This document shows, piece by piece, positions 37,513 through 46,603 of a DNA stretch of 64,000 nt. The position numbers and the translations under genes are program-made. The DNA is from Candidatus Latescibacterota bacterium (GTDB lineage: Bacteria > Latescibacterota > UBA2968 > UBA8231). Numbering within the stretch: position 1 is the stretch's first letter; each line of letters opens with the position of its first letter. The stretch lies in contig OY730476.1 of NCBI GenBank assembly GCA_963422735.1, forward strand, positions 1,280,001 to 1,344,000, given 5' to 3'. Under the pieces are notes generated by a model. It ran no database searches. It had not been told where the DNA came from and worked only from the letters and a program-made list of their open reading frames with translations.

Positions 37513-38484
37513 TTAGGCGGCATGGCCGTGAATGATTTGGTCCATGACTCGGCTAGTGCGGGCGGCGCTTGCGCCGGTGCTGGGGCATTCTCCCCGGCCC
37601 AACAGGGCATTGACTACCGTCTGGATCAGGGGCTGCTGGACGTGTTCGGGCGGGTCGATGGCGAAGGTTTGGGTCCCGGCGTTGGTAGTCAATTCGACCG
37701 GGGTAAAGGCGAAAGTGGAAAAGGCGATTTGGCCCTTGTCGCCGACGACTTCGATCCGGTCGCGGTGCTGGTCGGCGGCGAAGTTCCAGACTCCCGCGCC
37801 GAGTGCGCCGGACTCAAAGGCGAAGCTGGCGGTAACGGCATCTTCGGCCCGGTAGAGCTTGGCTTGGTTGGTCGCGTGGCCCGAGGCGTGGGCGATGGGG
37901 CCGAGCAGAAAGTCGAGGAAGTCGAGCTGATGCGAAGCTAGGTCGAAGAAGTAGCCGCCGCCCGAGATCTGTGGGACGACGCGCCAAGGCAGGTCGTCGG
38001 GATTCTCTGACGCGGGTTGACAGAGTGCGATGGAGGCGAAGCGCACCGCGCCGATGGCCCCTTCCTCGACCAGCGACTTGACCTTGAGGAAAGCGGGCAG
38101 GGCGCGGCGGTAGTAGGCGACGAAAAGCGGCACCCCGGCCCGGCGGCAGGCGTCGATCATCGCCAAGCACTCGCCGTGGTTGCGCGCCATTGGTTTTTCG
38201 ACGTAAACAGGTTTGCCGGCTCGGGCGACTTGCGCGGTGTAGTAAGCGTGGGTGTCCGGGGGCGTCGCGATATAGACCGCATCGACGTATGGGCCGCCGA
38301 TGAGTGCGTCGGCTTGGTCGTACCATCTGGGCACGCCGTGGCGCTCGGCATAGTCGCGGGCCTTGTCCGCGTTGCGGCGCATGACTGCCATTAGCTCGGA
38401 ATCGCGGGCCTTGTACAGGGCCGGGCCGCTCTTTATTTTTGCGACGTCGCCGCAGCCAATAATGCCCCAGCGAATTTTATTCAC
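37513..38484 (-). CDS. Gfo/Idh/MocA family oxidoreductase
   Basis: WGIIGCG, VYIATPP, YVEKPMA, VAYYRR, DLASHQLD; the GTG start is supplied by a MITE end. Confidence 0.93.
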   Translation of the reverse strand: MNKIRWGIIGCGDVAKIKSGPALYKARDSELMAVMRRNADKARDYAERHGVPRWYDQADALIGGPYVDAVYIATPPDTHAYYTAQVARAGKPVYVEKPMARNHGECLAMIDACRRAGVPLFVAYYRRALPAFLKVKSLVEEGAIGAVRFASIALCQPASENPDDLPWRVVPQISGGGYFFDLASHQLDFLDFLLGPIAHASGHATNQAKLYRAEDAVTASFAFESGALGAGVWNFAADQHRDRIEVVGDKGQIAFSTFAFTPVELTTNAGTQTFAIDPPEHVQQPLIQTVVNALLGRGECPSTGASAARTSRVMDQIIHGHAA

Positions 38485-38771
38485 TGATGTTACGCATGGT
38501 TTGAAGAGTGGTCCGTGGTTAGCGGTTAGAATTTAGTGATCGGCTTAAGGAGTAAGGAGTGAGTCCCTGCCTCTGGTCGGGTGTCATTCCCGCGAACGCG
38601 GGAATCCAGCCGGGAGGGATGCGCCGGTCAGGACGGCGCAAGCGGGCTTCACCGCGCCTTTCGGCGGGACATCGAGCTTAACGCGTTGGCCCCAAACAGG
38701 CCGTTCTGGATGCCTGCTTGTGTAGGCATGACACTTGGACGCGCCCGCCTCAACGCTGCCTAACATCAGTG
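38482..38771. mobile_element. 290-bp MITE with 15-bp terminal inverted repeats and a 4-bp target duplication
   Basis: CACTGATGTTACGCA / TGCCTAACATCAGTG (14/15 inverted match), flanked by TATT on both sides. Confidence 0.8.
38581..38734. repeat. Inverted pair of GTCATTCCCGC-type REP palindromes nested in the MITE
   Basis: GTGTCATTCCCGCGAACGCGGGAATCCAG ... CTGGATGCCTGCTTGTGTAGGCATGACAC. Confidence 0.75.
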
Positions 38772-38784
38772 TATTCATAAACAT

Positions 38785-40707
38785 TCAGGTGGCCTGTTGG
38801 ACGATAGCTAGCAGGCCGTTGCCGTATTTTTCGGCCTTGGCCGGACCGATGCCGTGCGCCAGCTTGATCTCTTCGAGGTTGGCAGGCCGCAGCAGGACGA
38901 TATCGCGGAGCGTGCGGTCGCTGGCGATGACGTAGGGTGGAACGTTTTCATCGCGGGCCAGTGTCATGCGGTAATGGCGCAGTGCATCGAAGAGGGTTTG
39001 GGCGTTTTCGTCGAATTCCCCGCCGGGATCGGGAGTGCGAGGACGGACGCGCGCAGTGCGGGATGCCGGGACTAGGGCCGATTTCGGCGGCAGCAGCAGG
39101 CGCACGGGCCGCTCGGCGTGAATGACTTGGCGTCCCTCTTCAGTGAGGACGACGACCGGCCGCTCACCGCCAAAGAAATCAACCCAGCCGGCTGTGACCA
39201 ACCGGCGCAAAAGCTGCAAAAGCCAGCGCTCAGAATATTCCCTGAGGATGCCAAAGGTCGGGGTCTGATCTAGGCCATCGCGTGCAAGGCGCATGTCCTT
39301 GGTGCCGCGCAGGAGCTTGGCCGCCATTAGGATGCCGTAGCGTCCGTGCAGGCGGGCCACCGCGCAAAGGGCTTTGCGCACGGTAATGGCGACTTCCGTA
39401 GCATCGCCCGCCTCGGCATGAGAAAGACTACAGCAGACGTCGCAGCGGCCGCAGCCCGAGAGCGTTTCCTCCTCGTCGCCGAAGTAGCGCAGAATCGCGT
39501 CGTGGCGACAGGACCCGCCCTCGCTCCAGCGCATCAGTTCCAAAAAGAGATTCCACTTGTGCTGGACTACCGCTGGGTCGGGGGCGCGGCCGTTGGCATC
39601 GCTTTCGATCAGGTGCCGTCGCAATGCCATGTCGCCGGGGGAGACCAGTAGCAGGCAGTAGGCATCTTGGCCGTCGCGCCCGGCGCGGCCTACTTCCTGA
39701 TAGTACGCCTCAATCGAGTTGGGCGGAGCCAGATGGGCAATGGCGCGCACATCGGCGCGATCGATGCCCATGCCAAAGGCATTGGTCGCCACCACGATTT
39801 GGATTTGGTCTTGAATAAAGGCGCACTGAACTGCGTCGCGGTCTGGCCCCGACATGCCCGCGTGATAGGCGGCCGCCTGCCAGCCGATCCCTTGGAGGCG
39901 GGAGGCTTCTTCCTCGGTGCTCTTGCGGGTAGGTGCATAGACGATGGCGGTACCTGTTTTCTGGCCGGAGGAACGGAGGGCTTCGGCTAGCAGGGCGTCG
40001 ATCTGCCGTCGCCGTTCGGCGGCACTGTTGATTTCGGCGACTCGCAGCGAAAGGTTGGGCCGGGCAAAGCCACGCACTAGCTGTGGGGTGTTGCTCGGCA
40101 GCCCGAGACGCTCGAGGATTTCGTCGCGCACCACCGGCGTGGCCGTGGCGGTGCAGGCGAGGACCCGACAGTCGGGCAGCGCGCGTACCAGCTCGCCAAT
40201 CTGCAAGTACTCGGGCCGGAAGTCGTGGCCCCACTCGCTGATGCAGTGGGCCTCATCCACGGCAATAAGCGAGCACTTGATTTGGCCCAAGAGCGCGCGA
40301 AAGCCGGGGAAGGTCAGCCGCTCGGGCGCGGCATAGACCAGCTTGTACTGGCCTTGGGCCACCCCGTACATGCGGCGACGCAACTCGTCGCCATCGAGGG
40401 TCGAGGATAGGTACGTAGCGGCGAGGCCACGCCGCTCTAGTGCTTGGACTTGATCGTGCATCAAGGCGATAAGCGGCGAGACCACTAATGCCGTGCCCGG
40501 CAGGAGGGCGGCGGGTAGCTGGTAGGTCAAGCTCTTGCCGCCGCCGGTGGGGGCGACCAAAAGCAGGCGACCAATGGCGAGCAGAGTTTCGATGGCTTCG
40601 CGTTGACCGGGCAGAAAACGCTCAAAGCCGAGCCGGGCCAGTGCAGCGTCGAGAACGGCTGGGGGAGGCTTGAGAGAGGAGGCGTCGCGGATACAGGGCT
40701 GGCTCAT
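38785..40707 (-). CDS. recQ: RecQ family ATP-dependent DNA helicase (with RQC and HRDC domains)
   Basis: PTGGGKS, DEAHCISEWGHDFRPEY, TATAT, ATNAFGMGID, QEVGRAGRDG, Zn-binding cysteines, HRDC PPYVIASD. Confidence 0.96.
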   Translation of the reverse strand: MSQPCIRDASSLKPPPAVLDAALARLGFERFLPGQREAIETLLAIGRLLLVAPTGGGKSLTYQLPAALLPGTALVVSPLIALMHDQVQALERRGLAATYLSSTLDGDELRRRMYGVAQGQYKLVYAAPERLTFPGFRALLGQIKCSLIAVDEAHCISEWGHDFRPEYLQIGELVRALPDCRVLACTATATPVVRDEILERLGLPSNTPQLVRGFARPNLSLRVAEINSAAERRRQIDALLAEALRSSGQKTGTAIVYAPTRKSTEEEASRLQGIGWQAAAYHAGMSGPDRDAVQCAFIQDQIQIVVATNAFGMGIDRADVRAIAHLAPPNSIEAYYQEVGRAGRDGQDAYCLLLVSPGDMALRRHLIESDANGRAPDPAVVQHKWNLFLELMRWSEGGSCRHDAILRYFGDEEETLSGCGRCDVCCSLSHAEAGDATEVAITVRKALCAVARLHGRYGILMAAKLLRGTKDMRLARDGLDQTPTFGILREYSERWLLQLLRRLVTAGWVDFFGGERPVVVLTEEGRQVIHAERPVRLLLPPKSALVPASRTARVRPRTPDPGGEFDENAQTLFDALRHYRMTLARDENVPPYVIASDRTLRDIVLLRPANLEEIKLAHGIGPAKAEKYGNGLLAIVQQAT

Positions 40708-41016
40708 AACATCACACTCAAAAACAAGTGGCCAGCCGCGCCCAATCGCCGGCGATGAGAAAGAGGACGTTTCTATACTTGGTCATTCGAGGGGTTTGGA
40801 TCGGCGTGGTAGCACCTCGCGGAGCAAAAAATATAACTCGCCGGAGCAGTCGGCCCAAGGCTCTTGCAATTGGCGTACCTGCTCTTTGCAAGCTCAATTT
40901 TCAGAGAAGACAAGCGCGTACCGCAAGAAGCATATGCAGAATACTACACAGCGCTGTATCGCCTGCCGGACTCAGGCGCGGCAAGCCTTAGAGAAAATTC
41001 TTATGGGCTTGGAATG

Positions 41017-42396
41017 CTAACCGTCAGACCGCCGCTGATCCCAAGGGCCGTAGATGGCCAGCGTGGTGCCGGGATGCTGAATATTGACGAAGAGTATTTG
41101 ACCGTCGGGCGAGAAGGTCGCGCCGGCGAATTCGGACTTGTTCATGCGATTGTGCCCGAAGCGGTAAATCTGGCCTGCGGGCGTTATGCCGACTAGGTTG
41201 TTTTCCCCGCCACCGTCTTCGCAGACGATCAAGTCGCCAAAAGGCGAGACCGTGAGGTTGTCGGCGTTGTCGACTAGGTCGCCGTCGTTCGGCTCGACGA
41301 AGAGTTCGAGCATCCCCGGTGCTGTGCCCTCATCGGCCGTGCCCTCGTGAGGGCTAGGCTGGTAGCGGAAAATTTGACCTTTCTTTTTTTTGCCGCCGCT
41401 GGTGCAAGCAAAGTAAATCGCCTCGCCGCCATACCACATGCCCTCGCCGCGGGCAAAGCGGGCGCAGCCCTTGCCGTCAAAGCCTTGGAAGCGCAAGTCG
41501 TCGTCCGGCGACTCGACGTTTTCTATATCGACCCAGCGCACGGCGAGCGGCTCGCCTGGACGCACCAGAGCCTTTTCCCAGTTGCGGGTATCTAGACTGG
41601 GATGGTCGATTACGGCCAAGGCTTGCAGTCGTCCAGCCGTTAGTTTGCCCGGTGCGCCGGGTATGTAGCGGTAGATCAAGCAGTCGCCAGTATCTTCGGT
41701 CTGATAGACGATTCCCGAGCGGGGATCGACGGCGATGGCCTCGTGCCTGAAGCGCCCCATGGCCTTGAGCGGAACCGGCGCGGCGCGGCGGATTTCTGTG
41801 GTAGCGGGGACCTCGAAGTTGTAGCCGTGGTCTTTTTCGAGCGGCTCGTCGATCCGCTGGGTTGTCTCTTCGCAGCTAACCCAGCTATGCCAAGGGGTCG
41901 GCCCTCCGGCGCAGTTGACCGCAGTGCCGGCCAAGCTGAGAAACTCCCGCTCCACGGCACCGGTTTGCGCGTTGTACACGACGGTCGTGGTGCCGCCCAA
42001 GCCCGGCATCTCACCTTGGCCCCAGTCATACAAGTCCTCTTTGGGCAGTTTGCCCAGCCCCTCGTTGTCATCGCCAAAGGCACCGGCCTCCCGCGCCCCG
42101 CTGCTCAGCTCGTGGTTGCGCACCAAAACGATGCGGCCCTCTGGCCCGGGGAAAGCGGCCATCCCGTCGGCTGCGCCCGGCACCCGCAGGCCGTCGTCCA
42201 TGGGTTCGCCAGCGCGAGAGAGAATCCGATAGCTAAACCCCTCGGGCAGGTCGAGGAGGCCTTCGAGGTCGGGCACGAGCGGCCCAAAGCTATTTTCTAG
42301 CACTGGCTCGCCCCACGCGAGGTGGCGGTGGAGGCCGGCAAAACCGATGGAAACGGCCGCCGCGCTTTTGAGGAATTGGCGTCTAGAAACAGGCAT
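41017..42396 (-). CDS. phoX: PhoX family alkaline phosphatase (Tat-exported)
   Basis: SRRQFLK Tat motif, LVRNHE, NCAGG.TPW..WVSCEE, MGRFRHEA, DNL, CEDG, EFAG, NIQHP. Confidence 0.93.
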   Translation of the reverse strand: MPVSRRQFLKSAAAVSIGFAGLHRHLAWGEPVLENSFGPLVPDLEGLLDLPEGFSYRILSRAGEPMDDGLRVPGAADGMAAFPGPEGRIVLVRNHELSSGAREAGAFGDDNEGLGKLPKEDLYDWGQGEMPGLGGTTTVVYNAQTGAVEREFLSLAGTAVNCAGGPTPWHSWVSCEETTQRIDEPLEKDHGYNFEVPATTEIRRAAPVPLKAMGRFRHEAIAVDPRSGIVYQTEDTGDCLIYRYIPGAPGKLTAGRLQALAVIDHPSLDTRNWEKALVRPGEPLAVRWVDIENVESPDDDLRFQGFDGKGCARFARGEGMWYGGEAIYFACTSGGKKKKGQIFRYQPSPHEGTADEGTAPGMLELFVEPNDGDLVDNADNLTVSPFGDLIVCEDGGGENNLVGITPAGQIYRFGHNRMNKSEFAGATFSPDGQILFVNIQHPGTTLAIYGPWDQRRSDG

Positions 42397-42501
42397 GAAA
42401 TCGTCTCCTAAGAAGGGTTTGTAAACAAAATACTAAGGCGCGCCTCATCGTCAAATGCGAGCTTTCCCATCGCACGACCTTCGTCCATATATTTTAAAAC
42501 G

Positions 42502-43206
42502 ATGCGATTCCAAAAACCTCAGTGGCACGACGAACTGCCCTCGACTAATACGACCTTAGTCGCGTGGCTGCGCGAGGGCCGGGACCTGCCCGACGGCTTC
42601 GTGCTCGCCGCTCGCTCCCAGACCGCTGGCCGGGGCCGCTACGAGCGGCAGTGGCTCGCCCGGCCCGGCCGCAATCTGACCTTTTCCGTGCTGTTGCAAA
42701 GCGCGGCCTCGCCCGAGCGGCTCCTGTCGCTACCGCAGGCTGCAGCCTTGGGCGCGGTGGCCTATTTGAAAGAAAATGGCTTGGTGGCTCAGACCAAGTG
42801 GCCCAACGATGTGCTCGTGGGAGGTCGCAAGATCTGCGGCATTTTGGCCGAGCACTGCAAAAGGGTCGTCCTCGGAATCGGCCTCAACGTCAACATGGAT
42901 GCCGACGAGGCGACGGCCATCGACCAGCCCGCTACCTCGCTGCGGATTGAGACGGGAACCGAGCGCGATGTCGAGAGGGCATTAGACGAGCTGTTAGCGC
43001 ATTTACAGGTGTGGATCGGGCGCTGGGAAAAAGGTGGCTTTGCTGCGCTGAGTGTGGCGTGGGAGTCTCACTGCGCCAACTTGGGCCAGTACGTAGCAGT
43101 CGGCGGGTACACAGGCGTGGTGCTGGGCTTTGGCGCAGCCGGGCAACTGCTGCTGCGCGAAGACGACGGCACGCGGCGAGCGGTGTGGACCGGGGATGTG
43201 GCTTAG
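42502..43206 (+). CDS. birA: Biotin-protein ligase (no N-terminal HTH)
   Basis: STN, QTAGRGR..R.W, KWPND, KICGIL, GIGLNVN. Confidence 0.93.
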   Translation: MRFQKPQWHDELPSTNTTLVAWLREGRDLPDGFVLAARSQTAGRGRYERQWLARPGRNLTFSVLLQSAASPERLLSLPQAAALGAVAYLKENGLVAQTKWPNDVLVGGRKICGILAEHCKRVVLGIGLNVNMDADEATAIDQPATSLRIETGTERDVERALDELLAHLQVWIGRWEKGGFAALSVAWESHCANLGQYVAVGGYTGVVLGFGAAGQLLLREDDGTRRAVWTGDVA

Positions 43207-45002
43207 CTTATGCACGCCAACACCTGTCCGTTGGCCACCTGATCCCCGGCATTCACCGAAATATCGGCTACCGTGCCTCCGATGGGAGCCGTTACCGGCA
43301 TTTCCATCTTCATGGCTTCGAGCACGAGGATTCCGTCGCCCGCTTCTACGCGGTCGCCGACTTGGGCAAGGTGGCGGATTACTTTCCCAGGCATCTGGGC
43401 TTGTACCGGCGTACCACCTTCAGCCTTGGGTGGCGGCGGGGGAGCCGCCACCTCTGTCGCTGGATCCAAGCTGACTTGGAAGCGGCGACCATCAACCGTG
43501 GCCGTGTCGCCGTCAATGGCCACTGCATAGCGACGGCCATCGACGGTGATCGCATAGTGCGCCGGACCGTCGGCCGGAGCCTCTTCTTTCTGCTCTCTTT
43601 CCACCTTGCGCACGCCGCTCTCGCCTTCTCCTTTGAGAAAGGCGAGGCCCTTGTCTTGGCAGGTGGCGACGATGAAAATGTTTTCGTCCGTCTCGGCAAG
43701 GCCGGCTTCCCGCAGTTGGTTGCGGGCCGGTTCGGCGCCCTTGTTCGGGTCGGCATCGTTGCGTTCGAGCGGCTTTTGCGTCGTTGGTTCTAGCCCAAGT
43801 TGTTGGGCGGCGATTTCGACGACCGAAGGGTCGGGCGCGACTGGCGTCTTGCCAAAGTAGCCCAAGACCATCTGGCCGTAGGGTGCGGCGATCCGCTCCC
43901 AAGGGCCGAACATGACGTTGTTGAAAGCCTGCTGAAAGTAAAACTGAGAAACCGGCGTCACCGAGGTGCCGAACCCGCCCTTTTCGACGACCTCGCGCAT
44001 GGCCTTGATCATATCCGGGTACTTGTCCATGATGCCGTTGTCTCGCAGCATCTGGGTATTGGCCGTCAGCGCGCCGCCGGGCATGGGGCTCCAGGGAATC
44101 ATCGGCTCCACGGCCACCGCTTCGGGCGGCAGGAAATAGTCGGCCATGCACTCCTTAAAGACTTCCTCGGCGTCGCGGATCTTGTCGATGTCTATGTCGA
44201 GGTCGTACTCGGAGCCGCGCAGCGCGTGCCACATGACGATAATATCGGGCTGACAGGTGCCGCCGGAGCAGGGAGCCATAGACAGATCGATGGCATCGGC
44301 ACCTGCGTTGAGGGCAGCCATGTTGGCACTGACGCCAATGCCGGCCGTTTCGTGGGTGTGAAAGTGGATGAAGGTGTCCTCGGGCAGCATGAGACGCGCT
44401 TGGGAGATGGTCTCATAGACTTTGGCGGGCACGGCCGTGCCCGAGGCATCCTTGAAGCAAACGGCGTCGTAGGGGATGCCAGCGTCTAGTATTTGGCGCA
44501 AGGTGTTGGTGTAAAAGGCCGCGTCGTGGGCGCCGGAGCAACCGGGAGGCAGTTCCATCAGCGTGATGCAGACTTGGTGTTTGAGCCCGGCATCCACGAT
44601 GCACTGCCCCGAGTAGATAAGGTTATCGACATCGTTGAGCGCGTCGAAATTGCGGATGGTCGTGATGCCGTGCTTTTTGAAGAGTTCGGCGTGGAGCTTG
44701 ATGATGTCGCTCGGCTGCGATTCGAGACCGACCACATTGACTCCCCGCGCCAAAGTCTGTAGGTCGGCATCCGGGCCGACCGTTGCGCGAAAGGCGTCCA
44801 TCGCCGCAAAGGCGTCTTCGCCGCAGTAGAAGTAAAACGACTGGAAACAGGCCCCGCCGCCGGCCTCGAAGTAGGAGATGCCAGCTTCCTTGGCCGCGGC
44901 GACGGCAGGCAGAAAATCGGACGTAAAAACGCGCGCTCCATAGACCGACTGGAAGCCGTCGCGGAAGGCGGTACACATGAAGCGAATTTTCTTCTTGTTC
45001 AC
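43203..45002 (-). CDS. oadA: Oxaloacetate decarboxylase alpha subunit (carboxyltransferase + biotin carrier)
   Basis: RDGFQS, FDALND, KD..G, HTHET, MPGG, VTPVSQ, EAMKM; probable GTG start at 45002. Confidence 0.9.
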   Translation of the reverse strand: MNKKKIRFMCTAFRDGFQSVYGARVFTSDFLPAVAAAKEAGISYFEAGGGACFQSFYFYCGEDAFAAMDAFRATVGPDADLQTLARGVNVVGLESQPSDIIKLHAELFKKHGITTIRNFDALNDVDNLIYSGQCIVDAGLKHQVCITLMELPPGCSGAHDAAFYTNTLRQILDAGIPYDAVCFKDASGTAVPAKVYETISQARLMLPEDTFIHFHTHETAGIGVSANMAALNAGADAIDLSMAPCSGGTCQPDIIVMWHALRGSEYDLDIDIDKIRDAEEVFKECMADYFLPPEAVAVEPMIPWSPMPGGALTANTQMLRDNGIMDKYPDMIKAMREVVEKGGFGTSVTPVSQFYFQQAFNNVMFGPWERIAAPYGQMVLGYFGKTPVAPDPSVVEIAAQQLGLEPTTQKPLERNDADPNKGAEPARNQLREAGLAETDENIFIVATCQDKGLAFLKGEGESGVRKVEREQKEEAPADGPAHYAITVDGRRYAVAIDGDTATVDGRRFQVSLDPATEVAAPPPPPKAEGGTPVQAQMPGKVIRHLAQVGDRVEAGDGILVLEAMKMEMPVTAPIGGTVADISVNAGDQVANGQVLACIS

Positions 45003-45019
45003 GGTCGCATCCTCGTTGT

Positions 45020-46147
45020 CTATCCGACCAACACCGACCACAAGACGCCGGCACCTACCGCCGAGCCGATGACTCCGGCGACATTAGGGGCCATCGCGTG
45101 CATCAAGAGGTAGTTATTGGGGTCTTCCCGCTGGCCCATCATCTGCACCACGCGGGCCGAGTCGGGCACAGCCGAGACCCCGGCAGCGCCGACGAGGGGG
45201 TTGATTTTGTCTTTGGTGAAGAGGTTCAAGAACTTGGCGAAGAGCACGCCGCTGGCCGTGGCGATGGCAAAGGACAGGGCACCAAGGCTGAAGATGAGTA
45301 CCGACTGTGGCGTGAGAAAGGTCTGGGCTTGGGTCGAGCAGCCAACCGAAAATCCGAGGAGGATGGTGACGATATCGACCATCGCGGTGCGGGCGGTCTG
45401 GGCCAAGCGCTCGGTGACGCCGCTTTCCTTGAGCAGGTTGCCGAAAAACAGCATGCCGATCAAGCCGATCGCGCCCGGAGCGAGGAGCGCGCAGATGAGG
45501 AAGGCGGCGATGGGAAAGATGATCTTTTCGCGCTGCGAGACCTCGCGCGGGGGCCTCATGCGAATCAGCCGTTCTCGGCGCGTAGTCAAAAGTTTCATCA
45601 CCGGCGGCTGAATTACTGGTACCAAGGCCATATAAGAATACGCGGCGATGGCGATAGCTCCTAGCAAGTGAGGGGCTAGCTTGGCCGAGAGAAAGATCGC
45701 CGTCGGCCCGTCGGCCCCGCCGATGATGCCAATGGCTCCGGCCTCCGCCGGGGTGAAGCCCAAATAGAGCGCGCCGATCAAGGTCAGGAAAATGCCCGTC
45801 TGCGCTGCTGCCCCCAGCAGCACCAGCCGGGGACTGGAGAGCATCGTCGAGAAGTCGGTCATCGCGCCGATGCCGAGAAAAATGAGCGGCGGGAAAATCC
45901 CTTGGCTGACGCCAAAGTAGATGTAGTAGAGCACACTGCCTTTGTCGTACACGCCGATGGCCATGCTGGAGATAGACGGGATATTACCCACGATGCAGCC
46001 GAAGCCAATCGGCAACAGCAGCAGCGGCTCGTAGTCTTTGCGGATGGCTAGAGAAATGAAGACCGCGCCAATAGCGATCATCAACAGGTTGCCACCCGAC
46101 ATGTTGGCCACGGCCGTGGTAGTGAGAAATTCGAGGAGAATCTCCAT
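45020..46147 (-). CDS. oadB: Na+-translocating decarboxylase beta subunit
   Basis: EPLLLLPIGFG, GIIGGADGPT, YSYMALVP, GVSAVP..ARV, PNVAGVIGSA. Confidence 0.96.
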   Translation of the reverse strand: MEILLEFLTTTAVANMSGGNLLMIAIGAVFISLAIRKDYEPLLLLPIGFGCIVGNIPSISSMAIGVYDKGSVLYYIYFGVSQGIFPPLIFLGIGAMTDFSTMLSSPRLVLLGAAAQTGIFLTLIGALYLGFTPAEAGAIGIIGGADGPTAIFLSAKLAPHLLGAIAIAAYSYMALVPVIQPPVMKLLTTRRERLIRMRPPREVSQREKIIFPIAAFLICALLAPGAIGLIGMLFFGNLLKESGVTERLAQTARTAMVDIVTILLGFSVGCSTQAQTFLTPQSVLIFSLGALSFAIATASGVLFAKFLNLFTKDKINPLVGAAGVSAVPDSARVVQMMGQREDPNNYLLMHAMAPNVAGVIGSAVGAGVLWSVLVG

Positions 46148-46153
46148 GGCCGT

Positions 46154-46399
46154 CTAGTCGTTTTGGCGGCGTGTGTGCAGGGCAAAGCCTATGGCCGCGG
46201 CGATGGCGGCTGCGTCGGTTTCTTGGCTCTGCGTGTGGAGGTGAGCTGGGGGAATATAGGGGTTGATCGCGGCGAGGATCCTCGGCAAGACAGCGATAAA
46301 AACGCTGACCAATACTAGGACGGTGAAGACGATGCTCATGCCTGCGAAGGCTAGGTCTAACCCCTGTACGAGTGGGCTGTCGAGTGCGAGTTGCTTCAT
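46154..46399 (-). CDS. oadG: Na+-translocating decarboxylase gamma subunit
   Basis: GMSIVFTVLVL transmembrane helix and AAIAAAI C-terminus; directly upstream of oadB. Confidence 0.88.
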   Translation of the reverse strand: MKQLALDSPLVQGLDLAFAGMSIVFTVLVLVSVFIAVLPRILAAINPYIPPAHLHTQSQETDAAAIAAAIGFALHTRRQND

Positions 46400-46603
46400 G
46401 TCTAAGTGGCTATGCGGAAAATGAAATACATTAAGGTAGGGCGGCGGGCCGATAAGTCAAAAGGCGTTAGAACGTCGGTATTGGTCCCTTTGCACAGTAC
46501 CCGGGCGGAGGAGTGCGGACTGGCTATGCGCTCTGCTCTCAACGACGGTGTTCCAAAATCTCTTCTTCCAGTGCTGGGCTACTCTCTGCTTGAAAACGGC
46601 CCC

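Noticed and set aside
40710-41016. Possible gene remnant between recQ and phoX
   Set aside because: No frame gives a recognisable motif, so no call can be supported.
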